DNA of 64,000 nt from assembly GCA_029863245.1 (NCBI GenBank), contig JAOTVV010000016.1, forward strand, positions 914-64,913, given 5' to 3'. Below the pieces are notes generated by a model. It was given only the letters and a program-made list of their open reading frames with translations. It was not told the DNA's origin and searched no databases. Source of the DNA: Gemmatimonadota bacterium (lineage in GTDB: Bacteria > Gemmatimonadota > Gemmatimonadetes > Gemmatimonadales > GWC2-71-9). Below are positions 27,446 through 38,595 of the stretch, one piece after another. The position numbers were made by a program, and so were the translations under genes. Positions within the stretch are counted from its first letter, which is position 1, and each line of letters begins with the position of its first letter.

Positions 27446-27516
27446 GTCCAGGTCGCTACGCTGGAGGGCTCACCCCGAGTCTCTGACGGGCGGCGCGTGG
27501 CGATCGCCAACCCCCC

Positions 27517-28488
27517 TCATTCAGTAGCGGCCTCGGGCTCCAATAACGAATCGACTTCGGCCCGAGCGGCAGCGTAGGCGGTAACATCGGCATCCAGCGC
27601 TTCCAGCAGCTCGGCCAACTCCTCACGGGCCGGATCGGCATCGACGGTTTCGGCCCGGAGCCGATACAACACACTCACCCCCTGCCGGAACCGGGAGGCC
27701 AGGCCATCGTGGAGCGACGTCACGCGGTCGATGGCGGCCTCGTCGAGCACGGCGGCGAGACCATGGTCGAGGTCCGAGAGGTCGATCGCCGCGCGACACG
27801 CATGGGTGAGGAGCTGTTCCACGTCCCTCTTGCACGCACCTCCGGCCGGACCGCGCCGCAGGGCCCGATAGACGGGCTCGGCCGCTTGTACCAGACTGGA
27901 GAGGAGATCGCGAGCGGTTCCGAGTGGCAACGCGGCGAATGTCGTAACGATCAGATCTTCCACCGGCGCCGGGAACACGGCGCGACGGCGAGGGCTGGCG
28001 ATCGCCGGATCGCGCAAGCGCACTTGTGCCGCCAGCAGGAGCAGGAGGCCCATCAACGGACTGGTCCAAACGAGCATGGGTTCCGCGATCCGACCGGCCC
28101 ACGTTCCGACCAGGACCATGACGCCGAGCAGAACGTAGAGCGAAGCCGGGGCCGACGCCCACGTCGTTCCCGCCGTCCGAGCCACCGCCGGCACGTCGTG
28201 AAGTGCAAGACGCCGTACCACCGCGTCAGCCGCCGCGGCGGGCACGCGAATCAGCGCACGGTGACCCGCCGCCACCAGATCCCGTCCCTCGCGGTGAGCG
28301 TGACCCGCGAGAAGCGGTTCGAGCGCGGACAGCACATGACGCGTGTCGTGCCGGGCCTCGGTGGGCTTTACGAAGATCAACGTGTCGCCGACCGCCTGGG
28401 CGGTGCCGCCGCACGCGGGGCAGACGCTCAGTCCGAACGGTTCGGGTGCACCGCAGATCACGCAGACCGTCACGAGGGTGTCGGTCAT
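27517..28488 (-). CDS. Hypothetical protein with an N-terminal zinc ribbon, two TM helices and a helical C-terminus
   Basis: CVIC...CPAC, a hydrophobic helix pair, ATGA-coupled to the upstream gene. Confidence 0.75.
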   Translation of the reverse strand: MTDTLVTVCVICGAPEPFGLSVCPACGGTAQAVGDTLIFVKPTEARHDTRHVLSALEPLLAGHAHREGRDLVAAGHRALIRVPAAAADAVVRRLALHDVPAVARTAGTTWASAPASLYVLLGVMVLVGTWAGRIAEPMLVWTSPLMGLLLLLAAQVRLRDPAIASPRRRAVFPAPVEDLIVTTFAALPLGTARDLLSSLVQAAEPVYRALRRGPAGGACKRDVEQLLTHACRAAIDLSDLDHGLAAVLDEAAIDRVTSLHDGLASRFRQGVSVLYRLRAETVDADPAREELAELLEALDADVTAYAAARAEVDSLLEPEAATE

Positions 28489-29054
28489 TGGGTGTCAATC
28501 TCCTCGAGCATCCGTTTGGCGCTTCGCGTCCAGCCGTCATTCTGGTCGTAATGCCGGAGGAATTCTCGCAAGTGGGTTTCGGCGAGGCCGTAGTCACCGA
28601 GGGCGTAGCGTGCGGCCCCGGCGTGGTACAGCGCCTGGTAGTGGTTGGGCCAGAACTCGATCACCAACTCCATGATCGGCCCGGCGGATCGGTCATCGCC
28701 CATGTCCGCAATCGGGTGACCGATGGCAAACACGACCCCCGCCGCCTTCCACCGCTCGTTCCCTTGGAGTGCGAGGATCACGTCGCGCGCCTCCTCGATC
28801 CGTCCGGCGAGTGCCCAGCACGCGGCACTGTACCCGGCACCGCCGCGTGACGTGGGTGGAGGGGTCTGTCGGTGGAGGGTTTCCACCTCGAGCGTGTTGC
28901 AGAATGGCTTCACGTGACTGAACCAGACCGCGCCGTCTTGTGTGGGATCGCCCGCCAGGACGTAGGACGTCGCGCCGACCGGCACGGGGCCGCGGATCAC
29001 CGCGTACACACTGATGGCGATGTAGGTGATGCCAACCAGGTACAGCAGCCGCAT
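28485..29054 (-). CDS. Membrane-anchored TPR-like protein
   Basis: N-terminal hydrophobic helix; PNHYQALYHAGAARYALGDY.LAE.HL TPR-like motif. Confidence 0.75.
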   Translation of the reverse strand: MRLLYLVGITYIAISVYAVIRGPVPVGATSYVLAGDPTQDGAVWFSHVKPFCNTLEVETLHRQTPPPTSRGGAGYSAACWALAGRIEEARDVILALQGNERWKAAGVVFAIGHPIADMGDDRSAGPIMELVIEFWPNHYQALYHAGAARYALGDYGLAETHLREFLRHYDQNDGWTRSAKRMLEEIDTQ

Positions 29055-29139
29055 GGGCGTCTCGTCCGGGTTGTGGGTTCAACCAGGGTGACGATCCGGG
29101 AGGGCGGCTTTGCACACCCCCGGCTCCCAATTGCCAAGG

Positions 29140-29155
29140 AGCAAACGGCGTGCCG
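29140..29155 (-). promoter_or_regulatory. sigma54 promoter for the 29054-27517 gene pair
   Basis: Minus strand CGGCACGCCGTTTGCT is near consensus. An AT-rich IHF-like tract lies at 29170-29196. Confidence 0.75.
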
Positions 29156-29361
29156 CGTGTGATGTCCCCTAACTGATTGTTTTACAACCGGTTAGACGGG
29201 ATGTGGGGAGACGAGGTGCGGGCGATGGAGGAACACTGCCGCGTGTGGTGCGAATTGCGACAACGGTGGCGTGCGGCCTACGGCAATTCTCGCGTGTTCA
29301 CACGGTTGTCCGGCGGCGACGCGTCGCCGTCCCGTCCCCGTCGTGGTCGCGCCCCGCGCGA

Positions 29362-30258
29362 CTACGGATGACAGGCCCCGCTTCCGACATCGACGAACTG
29401 TCCACCACCGGCCGGAATGAAGTCCCAGTCGTAACCCGTTGACCGCAGTGTCAGCTTCAAGACGCCATAGGTGTCACTGTTGCGGCTGTCGCTGTTTGCG
29501 ACCAGAGCTGCGAAGTCTCTGAGCGTCTTGCCCCCTGTCCCCGCGACGAACTCACGGATCCCTCGCACCGCATCGGGAGCTCCTGTCGGCGTTTGCGGCG
29601 CGAAGCGCTCGTAGTTGTGGTCGTGCCCGTTCACCACCACATCGACCCCGGCGTCGTACAGCGCCTCCCAGATGGATTGCATGGCGTCGTCGTTCCCGTG
29701 TTGGCCGGAACTGAAGCGCGGATGGTGCCAGTACGCCACCGTGCAGATCGCGGGGTGGGCTGCGAGATCGCCGCGGAGCCATTGCAGTTGGGGCGAGTCG
29801 GGGTCGACATCGATGTTGCTATTCAGCGCAATGACGTGCCAGCTCCCGAGCTCGTAGGAGTAGTAGCCCTCGCCGGGGTTACCGGCGTTCGCGCCGAAGT
29901 AGGCGAAGTAGGCGGCCCCACCCGGCGTGTGGTAGTCGTGATTGCCCGGTGACGGGCGCGTGCGTGCGGCGTGCCGGCCCCAGGTCGGATCGTAGCAGTC
30001 GGCGAACTGCTGGGCGGTGCCATCGGGGTATGCATTGTCGCCGGCCGTGAAGACGGTGCCCGGGATGGTGTCGAGCACCCGCGCCGTCTCTTCGTGGGCG
30101 CTCTCGCCACATGCGGCAATGTCCCCTGCTCCAACCAGGGTCGCGGACGGCTCGGGATTGCCGTTGGGTCCGGGCAGGTCGTCGGCACATGCAATACCCG
30201 CCAGCAGCAGAGCGGTCGCCGCGAGCCGATATGAGAAGCGATTCGTCACGGTGGGCAA
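29362..30258 (-). CDS. Calcineurin-like metallophosphoesterase (acid phosphatase-like) lipoprotein
   Basis: GAGDIA, GDNAY, PGNHDY, WHHP, GHDHNYER; lipobox IAC. Confidence 0.9.
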   Translation of the reverse strand: MPTVTNRFSYRLAATALLLAGIACADDLPGPNGNPEPSATLVGAGDIAACGESAHEETARVLDTIPGTVFTAGDNAYPDGTAQQFADCYDPTWGRHAARTRPSPGNHDYHTPGGAAYFAYFGANAGNPGEGYYSYELGSWHVIALNSNIDVDPDSPQLQWLRGDLAAHPAICTVAYWHHPRFSSGQHGNDDAMQSIWEALYDAGVDVVVNGHDHNYERFAPQTPTGAPDAVRGIREFVAGTGGKTLRDFAALVANSDSRNSDTYGVLKLTLRSTGYDWDFIPAGGGQFVDVGSGACHP

Positions 30259-30436
30259 CCTCGACTAGGCATGAAGTGTTCTAACGGTATCTCGCTTCGG
30301 CACTGGAGCGTGTGGCGGTGATCACACGTTACCAGGCCGGATCGTGTCCGTCTTGAAGGACACCCTGAATGCACACCACGCCCCACGACCGCATTCACGA
30401 TCGAGGGGCGTGTCCTGCTACGAAGCAACTCTTGCC

Positions 30437-30892
30437 TTACGCGGCCTTGAGCTCGGACGTGCAGCTCGAGCAGCGGGTGGCCTTGATTGCCACCTTCGTG
30501 AGGCAATACGGACATTCCTTCTTGTCCGGTGGGGGCGGAGCGGCCTCTTCCTTCTGCTGCATGCGCATGAGGCCTCTCACCAAGAGGAAGACGGCAAACG
30601 CCACGATCAGGAAGCTCACGATGTTGTCGATGAACATTCCGTAATTGACCGTGACCGCGCCCGCCTCGGCGGCCGCGTCGGGCGTCAGGTACGGCCCGGG
30701 GACGTCACCTGCCTTGACCACGGCAAACAGGTTGGAAAAGCTCACGTTGCCGAGCAGGATGCCGATCGGCGGCATGATGATGTCGGACACGAGCGATTTC
30801 ACGATCGTGCCGAACGCACCACCGATGATGATACCAACGGCCATGTCGACGACGTTTCCGCGCATGGCGAACGCCTTGAAATCTTTCAGCAC
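30437..30892 (-). CDS. mscL: Large-conductance mechanosensitive channel with a C-terminal zinc ribbon
   Basis: [20 protein letters not shown]; C-terminal CPYC...CSSC; AGGAG RBS before the GTG. Confidence 0.96.
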   Translation of the reverse strand: MLKDFKAFAMRGNVVDMAVGIIIGGAFGTIVKSLVSDIIMPPIGILLGNVSFSNLFAVVKAGDVPGPYLTPDAAAEAGAVTVNYGMFIDNIVSFLIVAFAVFLLVRGLMRMQQKEEAAPPPPDKKECPYCLTKVAIKATRCSSCTSELKAA

Positions 30893-30978
30893 TCTGCAAC
30901 TCCTATGCTGGGATGATGGATGAACCACGGCGGGCGCCGCGCGCATGAGGTCGCTGCGCGGCGCCCGCCGACTCGTTG

Positions 30979-32421
30979 TTACTGATCCAACCGCTGCAGC
31001 TCCACGCGGCGGTTCTGAGCGCGACCGTCACGCGTGCCGTTGTCGGCCACGGGATTGTCTGGGCCGTACCCCCTCGCCTCGAGCTGGTTGGCCGCCACGC
31101 CCTGCTGCACGAGGTAGGCGACGACCGACTCCGCACGCCGCTGAGAGAGTCCCATGTTGTACGCGCGTGACCCGGTGTTGTCGGTATGCCCCCCCACCTC
31201 GACGCGCACCTCGGGGTTACCCTGCAGGGTCTCCCCGACGCGGGTGAGGATCATCCGTGCCTGCGCCGTGAGCTGCGCGCTGTTCGTCTCGAAGTTGACC
31301 CCCTCCAGTACGATCCGCGTCTCGGCTTCCCGGAAGAGTATCGGGCATCCGGTCTGATCGACCTGGGTGTTGGCGGTGGTGTCCGGACAGCGATCGATGC
31401 CGTTCGGCACACCGTCGTTGTCGCTGTCGCTCGGGCAGCCCTGCGCATCGACCGTCGCGCCGGCCGGGGTGTTGGGGCAGCGGTCCAGGACGTCGGGCAC
31501 ACCGTCCCGATCCGCATCCAGGGCGCAGCCGTTGCCGTCGACCTGGGCGCCGCGCGGCGTGTTGGGACACCGGTCCGCCGTGTCGGGCACGCCGTCGCTG
31601 TCCGCGTCGGGGACGCAACCACTCGCATTGACCGCGGTCCCGCGCGGCGTGTTGGGACACTGGTCCGCCGAGTCACGCACACCGTCGCCGTCCGAGTCGA
31701 GTGGACAGCCTTCGGCGTCAACCCGCTCGCCGGTCGGCGTGTCGGGACACCGATCCTGGAAGTTGGGCACGCCGTCCCCGTCTGCATCGAGGGGGCAGCC
31801 CCGGTTGTCGACCGGCTCGCCGGCCGGCGTTCCCCCGCACGCGTCCCGCTTGTCGCTCACGCCGTCGCCATCGGTATCGGCGGCGCGACTGCCGAGGAGG
31901 ATGCCCACGCCTCCCTGCGCGCCAAAGTTCCAGTTCTTGTCGGCCCCGTTCTCCGGTGACAGCACATAATCAGCGAGCCCCTCGATACGGGCAAACACCA
32001 CGTCGGACAGCCAGAACCGGAAGCCGAACAAACCGTTCACGCCGAAGTCGGTCGCGTCGGTGTTGTCGTAGATGTTGTAGACTCCGCCGGCGCCGATCAG
32101 CATCGAGACGCGATCATGCAGCGGGGCGTTGTACACGAGACGGGCATGGACCGGGATGTACTTGAGGTTGCCTCCGGCGTCCAGCTCCGCCTGCGTATAG
32201 GATCCCGTTGCCTCGAGTTCCAGATTCGGCACGAAGAAGACGCCCAAGCGGCCGCCGAACCCGATGTGGTCTTTGAGCGTCAGGGTGCTGTCGAACCACG
32301 TGTACCGGGCGAACGCGCCCAGCTCCACGGCGCCCGGACGCTGGGCAAACGCGGGCGTCGCCAGTGCTGCCAGACCAACGGCAGTCACCACGGCGCTCCG
32401 TTTCAACCATTTCCTCTGCAT
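30979..32421 (-). CDS. OmpA family protein: beta-barrel, six thrombospondin type-3 repeats and an OmpA peptidoglycan-binding domain
   Basis: AAGGAGG RBS and signal peptide; DxDxDGV.D..D.CP repeats; GHTD...LSQRRA...NRRVE. Confidence 0.93.
   Translation of the reverse strand: MQRKWLKRSAVVTAVGLAALATPAFAQRPGAVELGAFARYTWFDSTLTLKDHIGFGGRLGVFFVPNLELEATGSYTQAELDAGGNLKYIPVHARLVYNAPLHDRVSMLIGAGGVYNIYDNTDATDFGVNGLFGFRFWLSDVVFARIEGLADYVLSPENGADKNWNFGAQGGVGILLGSRAADTDGDGVSDKRDACGGTPAGEPVDNRGCPLDADGDGVPNFQDRCPDTPTGERVDAEGCPLDSDGDGVRDSADQCPNTPRGTAVNASGCVPDADSDGVPDTADRCPNTPRGAQVDGNGCALDADRDGVPDVLDRCPNTPAGATVDAQGCPSDSDNDGVPNGIDRCPDTTANTQVDQTGCPILFREAETRIVLEGVNFETNSAQLTAQARMILTRVGETLQGNPEVRVEVGGHTDNTGSRAYNMGLSQRRAESVVAYLVQQGVAANQLEARGYGPDNPVADNGTRDGRAQNRRVELQRLDQ
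31339..31878 (-). repeat. Six 90-nt coding repeats (TSP3 Ca-binding type)
   Basis: 6 x 30 aa: DxDxDGVx(D/N)xxDxC.xTxxxxxV(D/N)xxGC. Confidence 0.92.
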
Positions 32422-32468
32422 CAAGTTGCCTCCTTGGAAGATCGATCGCGAATTCGCCCTGGCGAAGA

Positions 32469-32483
32469 GCAAGGCGTATACCA
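32469..32483 (-). promoter_or_regulatory. sigma54 promoter of the ompA-family gene
   Basis: Minus strand TGGTATACGCCTTGC has GG-N10-GC, with an AT-rich tract directly upstream. Confidence 0.75.
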
Positions 32484-32548
32484 GAATATAAGTCTCTGCG
32501 GCAAAAAGGTTTACAAGGTTGGCACCCGAGCCGGTACCCAGCGGGCGT

Positions 32549-32585
32549 TGTTTCATTCCGGAATCGATCACGTCAGAATGGGACG
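32549..32585. promoter_or_regulatory. Tandem palindromic activator sites (GTYCCR-N3-YGGRAC-like)
   Basis: tGTTTCAttcCGGAATc and cACGTCAgaaTGGGACg, 20 bp apart. Confidence 0.5.
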
Positions 32586-32631
32586 TGAGCACGGGTGACG
32601 GAGCGAGAACGGGCGTCGAAAACACTCCGCG

Positions 32632-34092
<1,461 letters not shown>

Positions 34093-34177
34093 GTGTCGGC
34101 CCGTTCGGTTCGCACAAATGTACTCGCCGGCGCGGGATTTGACAGTCCGGCAAATCTCAGCGATCCGTCCGAAGGCC

Positions 34178-34235
34178 GGGACCGAATCGGAACGACAGCG
34201 GACGGTTTTCGGAACGACCATCCCGTTCTGATACG
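34178..34235. promoter_or_regulatory. Three tandem palindromic activator sites
   Basis: gGGACCGaatCGGAACg (34178), gGACGGTtttCGGAACg (34200), cATCCCGttcTGATACg (34219). Confidence 0.55.
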
Positions 34236-34268
34236 CTCCGGAGCAGCTCGTTCCAGCAAATCCGTCCC

Positions 34269-34284
34269 TGGCCCTGGAGTTGCA
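34269..34284 (+). promoter_or_regulatory. sigma54 promoter upstream of the Hpt-like gene
   Basis: TGGCCCTGGAGTTGCA has GG(34270)-N10-GC(34282). Confidence 0.7.
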
Positions 34285-34351
34285 CGGGGAGCACGCGGCG
34301 CACCCGGTACGACGATCGCGGCGCGCCGTGAACCGAAACGCCGTGACGGTT

Positions 34352-34672
34352 ATGCCCAACGACCCAGTGCCGGAGCACCCACCCGTTCAGATCGAGCGAC
34401 GCATGGCCGATCTGGTCGCGCGGTATCTCGAGCGGTGTCGAGCGGATGTCGCCGCCATGCGGTCGGCCCTGGACGGAGGTACCCTCGCGACCGTCCGCGG
34501 ACTGGGCGACCGGCTGGCCGGGTCGGGTGCGGCTTACGGCTTCGGCGAGATATCTGCCCGAGGCTTTGCCATCGAGCGCGCCGCCCGCGATGCGGACCTG
34601 TTCGCCATCCGAGAGGCGGTCGAGGCCGTCGACCGCTACCTGGCCAGGGTGGTCGTCACCTATCGGGACTGA
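34352..34672 (+). CDS. Stand-alone Hpt-like protein with the phospho-acceptor His replaced by Asp
   Basis: DLVARYLE...VRGLGDRLAGSGAAYGF.EIS..G.AIE.AA aligns to the Hpt motif LGH.LKGSGG.YGF. Start uncertain. Confidence 0.8.
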   Translation: MPNDPVPEHPPVQIERRMADLVARYLERCRADVAAMRSALDGGTLATVRGLGDRLAGSGAAYGFGEISARGFAIERAARDADLFAIREAVEAVDRYLARVVVTYRD

Positions 34673-34797
34673 CTCGCCGCGTCGCGGGTGCTTCATCCTA
34701 CACCGCCACAACTGACCTTCACCCCCAGCGCCCGAAGTGTATCTTCTCTGGGGTCTTCGTCTCGCTTCAGCTTTCTGAGGGAGATCGATCGAGCCGC

Positions 34798-35373
34798 ATG
34801 ACGAAGAAGTCGTCACGCCAGACCACGCGCGCACCACAGGACGGGTCGCGGGCCGGGGCCGACGCCCAGACCTCCGAGCACCTCGAGCAGGTCCGGGCCA
34901 TTCTGTTCGGCGAGCAGTTTGCGGTCTTCGAAGGTCGCCTGGAACGGCTGGAGCAGCGGCTCATCGAAGAGCAGACGGCATTCCGTGACGCGACGAATCG
35001 GCGGTTCGACGCGCTCACGGCTGAGATGGAGAAACACGTGACCGCCGTGCGGCGAACACTGGGCGATACGGAGGCGACGCACGCGGAGGCGCTGGCGCAG
35101 CTGACAGGCGAGCTCGATCGATCGGTCAACGGGATGGAGCAACAACTCGCGCAGGTTCGGGCGGATGCCGATAGGTTGGCGGTGGAGCACCGTGCACAGA
35201 CTGCCGAACGCATCGACGCGCTCGCGGCGCAGCTCGGAGATCAGTCGAACGCCCTGTCGGCACTCGTCGAGCAGAAGCTCGAGGAGCTCCGTACACTCAC
35301 GACCGATCGTGAGTCCCTCGCCGCGCTGTTCGAAGAGATGGCCTCCCGACTGAAGCGCAGCCCCTCCGGGTAG
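34798..35373 (+). CDS. Coiled-coil protein associated with the small GTPase
   Basis: LEQVRAILFGEQ...RLERLEQRL...DRESLAALFEEMASRL with heptad periodicity. Confidence 0.85.
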   Translation: MTKKSSRQTTRAPQDGSRAGADAQTSEHLEQVRAILFGEQFAVFEGRLERLEQRLIEEQTAFRDATNRRFDALTAEMEKHVTAVRRTLGDTEATHAEALAQLTGELDRSVNGMEQQLAQVRADADRLAVEHRAQTAERIDALAAQLGDQSNALSALVEQKLEELRTLTTDRESLAALFEEMASRLKRSPSG

Positions 35374-35414
35374 CACACGTTCGAGGCCTTCGGAGCGTCG
35401 CGCGCGGTCCAGCC

Positions 35415-35915
35415 ATGATCCGCAAGAAGATCTGCATGCTCGGTGCCTTCGCGGCCGGTAAGACGAGCCTCGTGCAACGATTCGTCGCGGGGCTGTTCTC
35501 TGAGAAATACCACACGACGATCGGCGTGAAGATCGATCGGAGGGAGGTCGCGGTAGACGGCGGGACGGTCACCCTCCTCCTGTGGGATCTCGCCGGCGAG
35601 GACGAGTTCCAGCGCGTTCGCATGTCCTACCTCCGTGGATCGGCTGGTTTGCTCTTCGTAGTGGACGGGACCCGCCTCGGTACGCTCGATCAGGTGAAGC
35701 TCTTGCGACGTGAAGCCTGCGACATCGTCGGCGACGTGCCGGTGGTCGTTGCCCTCAACAAATCCGACCTGGCCACCGAGTGGGAACTCGATGCGGATGT
35801 TGGTGACCATCTCCGGGCCGAGGGCTGGATGGTGTTCGTGACCAGCGCCAAAAGCGGCGTGGGGGTCGCGGAGGCGTTCCAGTGGCTGGCGCATGCGGTG
35901 AGCGGCGGGACATGA
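35415..35915 (+). CDS. Ras/Rab-like small GTPase (Rup-type)
   Basis: G1 GAFAAGKTS, G2 TTIG, G3 WDLAGE, G4 NKSD, G5 TSAK; single domain of 166 aa. Confidence 0.95.
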   Translation: MIRKKICMLGAFAAGKTSLVQRFVAGLFSEKYHTTIGVKIDRREVAVDGGTVTLLLWDLAGEDEFQRVRMSYLRGSAGLLFVVDGTRLGTLDQVKLLRREACDIVGDVPVVVALNKSDLATEWELDADVGDHLRAEGWMVFVTSAKSGVGVAEAFQWLAHAVSGGT

Positions 35916-37432
35916 GCACGTTTCCCCCAGCGGTCCTTGCGTTCTTGCAGGAGCAGCTCATCGACACGCAGGCGCCCGCCTTCCTGCTGCTCGCCGACGA
36001 TGGCACCGTGGTGGACTGGGGTGGTGCCCTCGGCGCCTACGGCATCCATGATCTCGAGCGCGGGGTCGACGTCGCGGAGCGCGTGCCGCTGCTCCAGGGC
36101 CTTCTCCCACTTGGGGTCGCACGCGAAGGGGTCCCGCTCGTGGAGACCGATGCCGGTGCGGTGGCGGACGTCGATCTGTTCCGTGGCGCCGAGGGAACGT
36201 GGGTCGTGCTGCGCAACGTGACCCCCGCGGTCGAGCGGGAGCGGGCGCTGCAGCAAAGCCGGAATGCGATGCAACTCCTGGAACGGAGCATGGCCAAGCA
36301 GGAGGCCGCGAAGGGTGCCCCTGGCGGTTTGCTCCCCAATGCGCTTGCTGCACTCGGCATCGCCATCTTCGAGCCGCTCGGCACGGACCGCTTCCGCCTG
36401 CTCGCAGCCCCGCCCCAGTGGCTCGGTGCGCTCTGGCCCGACATCACAAACGCTACCGACGAGTGCCCACTCCACGAGCACTCGCCATTTTTGCGCGACT
36501 TCCTCGAGGAAGCTGATGGGTGCTGGCAAACCGGGAGCGGGTCGTGTCGTGCCGGGCCGTGGACCGAAGTAGACGCCTTGGGCCGCGACTGGCACCTAGA
36601 AGCTGTTGCGCTCTCGGTGCAGGGTCGATCGCTGCTCGCGATCGTCGATGTTGGCCAGAGCCATCGCGAGAAGACGGCGTTGCTCCAGCGCGCACGCGAG
36701 CACGTGCTCGGCCACCAGCGGTTGCTCAAAGATCTCGAGAAGAAAGACGTGCTGCTGCACTGCATCGTGCATGACCTGCGGACGCCGATGGTGTCGGCGC
36801 ACGCGGCGCTCCAGTTGCTCGCGACCGAGACGCTCCCGTACGATGCCCGACGTGCAATCGTCGTTGGCCGCACGGAACTGGAGCGACAGGACCTCTTGAT
36901 CCGCTCGATCCTCGACGTGTTCGCGGCCGACCTCAACGAGTTGGAGAGCCGCGCCGATGCTGCGCCGGTTGATGTTGCCGACTGCGCGGCGGAGGTAGTC
37001 GACGCCTTCCGGCCCGCCTTTCAGCTGCGTGGCATCAACTTGGCTCTGGAGCGGACCGATGCCGAGCCACCAGGGGGGTGGGGCGTTGTCGCCGAACGCA
37101 CACGGCTGGTGCGCGTACTGGCGAATCTGGTGGACAATGCGCTGCGCCACTCGCGCCGAGACACGACGGTAGCCGTCGGGCTCGCAGTGGACGGCGAGGG
37201 AGTCTTCGTCACGGTCGACGACGAGGGCCCCGGCGTACCGGCCGACCTCCAACCACGGCTGTTCGACCGCTTCTCGCACGGTGGGCCGGCCGGAAACATC
37301 GGACTCGGCTTGCACTTCTGCCGGGTCACGATCGAAGGGTGGGGTGGCCGCATCGGTCAGGAGAACCGCGCCGGGGGTGGGTCCCGTTTCTGGTTCCGAC
37401 TCCCGCAGTCCTCCGGGCGCGCCGACGAATAG
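35912..37432 (+). CDS. Cytoplasmic sensor histidine kinase with PAS-like N-terminal region
   Basis: H-box CIVHDLRTP, N-box NLVDNALRH, DDEGPG, GLGL; no TM helix; ATGA overlap with the GTPase gene. Confidence 0.93.
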   Translation: MSTFPPAVLAFLQEQLIDTQAPAFLLLADDGTVVDWGGALGAYGIHDLERGVDVAERVPLLQGLLPLGVAREGVPLVETDAGAVADVDLFRGAEGTWVVLRNVTPAVERERALQQSRNAMQLLERSMAKQEAAKGAPGGLLPNALAALGIAIFEPLGTDRFRLLAAPPQWLGALWPDITNATDECPLHEHSPFLRDFLEEADGCWQTGSGSCRAGPWTEVDALGRDWHLEAVALSVQGRSLLAIVDVGQSHREKTALLQRAREHVLGHQRLLKDLEKKDVLLHCIVHDLRTPMVSAHAALQLLATETLPYDARRAIVVGRTELERQDLLIRSILDVFAADLNELESRADAAPVDVADCAAEVVDAFRPAFQLRGINLALERTDAEPPGGWGVVAERTRLVRVLANLVDNALRHSRRDTTVAVGLAVDGEGVFVTVDDEGPGVPADLQPRLFDRFSHGGPAGNIGLGLHFCRVTIEGWGGRIGQENRAGGGSRFWFRLPQSSGRADE

Positions 37433-37465
37433 TCGGTGCGCCGCTCGCTCCCGAGCTGGAACGGC

Positions 37466-37503
37466 CGTCCACGATCGGGACGGCTCCGTTCCAAATCGGG
37501 CCT
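37466..37503. promoter_or_regulatory. Tandem palindromic activator sites (the region could also fold as a hairpin, 37457-37493)
   Basis: cGTCCACgatCGGGACg and cGTTCCAaatCGGGCCt, 21 bp apart. Confidence 0.5.
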
Positions 37504-37579
37504 TCGCAACGCGGGGGCTTGGTGTTGGTCGAGTGAGGGAAATCGTTGGCGTCCTGCAACTTGGACAGATTCCTCGCGC

Positions 37580-37594
37580 TGGCATGAACCTTCC
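37580..37594 (+). promoter_or_regulatory. sigma54-like promoter with a variant -12 element
   Basis: TGGCATGAACCTTCC has a good -24 but TTCC instead of TTGC. Confidence 0.4.
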
Positions 37595-37643
37595 GTTGGG
37601 GCGTAGCGGTATCGACGGACCGAACTTGCGAAAGGATAGACCG

Positions 37644-38051
37644 ATGAGTTACAAGATTCAGGACATTGAGGGCATCGGACCCTCGTACGCCCAAAAGCTG
37701 GCGGTGGCCAAGGTCAGGACGACCAACGACTTGCTCAAGTACTGCTGTGACGCCAAAGGTCGCATGAGCGTGGGTGCCAAGACCGGCGTCGGTGAGGCGC
37801 AGCTGCTCAAGTGGGCGAACATGGCCGATCTGATGCGCATCTCGGGCGTCGGCTCGGAGTTCTCCGAGCTGCTGGAGGCCGCCGGGGTCGACACGGTCAA
37901 GGAACTGCGGAATCGCAACGCCGAGAACCTCGCGATCAAGATGAAAGAGGTCAATCGCGCTCGGCGGCTCACGCGTACCACTCCGAGTGCGAAGAGCGTG
38001 CAGAAGTGGATCACGCAGGCGGGGAAGCTCGCTCCCGTCATCACTCACTAA
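37644..38051 (+). CDS. DUF4332 family protein
   Basis: IQDIEGIGP, LKWANMADLMRISGVG.EFSELLEAAGVDTVKELRNRN. Confidence 0.92.
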   Translation: MSYKIQDIEGIGPSYAQKLAVAKVRTTNDLLKYCCDAKGRMSVGAKTGVGEAQLLKWANMADLMRISGVGSEFSELLEAAGVDTVKELRNRNAENLAIKMKEVNRARRLTRTTPSAKSVQKWITQAGKLAPVITH

Positions 38052-38071
38052 TTACTGGGGAGTAGACGACT

Positions 38072-38275
38072 ATGAGCATCGCCAAAGTAACCGAGATCAG
38101 CGCCACATCGTCCAAGAGCTTCGATGACGCCGTCGCCGAGGGGATCAAGCGCGCGGCGAAGACCCTGAAGAACATCGAGGGTGCGTGGGTCCAGACCATG
38201 AAAGTGGATGTCGCAAACAACAAGGTGACCCAATATCGCGTCAACATGAAGGTCACGTTCGTGCTCGACGCCTGA
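38072..38275 (+). CDS. Dodecin family protein
   Basis: AKVTEISATS.KSFDDAV..GI.RA.KTLKNI.GAWV...YRVNMKVTFVL. Confidence 0.95.
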   Translation: MSIAKVTEISATSSKSFDDAVAEGIKRAAKTLKNIEGAWVQTMKVDVANNKVTQYRVNMKVTFVLDA

Positions 38276-38303
38276 TCGCGGGTGACTCAGCGAGTGAAAC
38301 GCA

Positions 38304-38331
38304 AAACGGCCGGCGGATCCGCCGGCCGTTT
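38304..38331. terminator. Perfect 28-bp palindrome, likely intrinsic terminator
   Basis: AAACGGCCGGCGGATCCGCCGGCCGTTT, just after the dodecin gene. Confidence 0.75.
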
Positions 38332-38525
38332 GTCGTTGGCCCGCGCGACGGTGTGCTTCGGATCATGTTACCCGGGCCACTGCCGATGTAGGATTTCGCT
38401 TGGCGCTGAGCTGACCACGGTGGCGGACTGGCCGTCCCAAGCAGAGGACATGGCCGTGCTGAGCGATGTTGCCCCGGGAGCGGCAACTGCGCAGTTTGAC
38501 AGGGGTTGGCGCGCCAGGGGCTTGT

Positions 38526-38541
38526 CGGTCCCGCTCTTGCT
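38526..38541 (+). promoter_or_regulatory. Possible sigma54 promoter of the lipoprotein gene
   Basis: CGGTCCCGCTCTTGCT has GG-N10-GC. An inverted repeat GTTGCC...GGCAAC lies at 38468-38487. Confidence 0.45.
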
Positions 38542-38595
38542 CATCCATTCCGGTGCGCGTCGTCCCGGCAACGAACCCGGTGATCAGGAGGTAGT

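Noticed and set aside
38340-38520. Intergenic stretch as a possible ncRNA
   Set aside because: No recognisable tRNA, SRP, tmRNA or riboswitch motif. It is better explained as an upstream promoter region.
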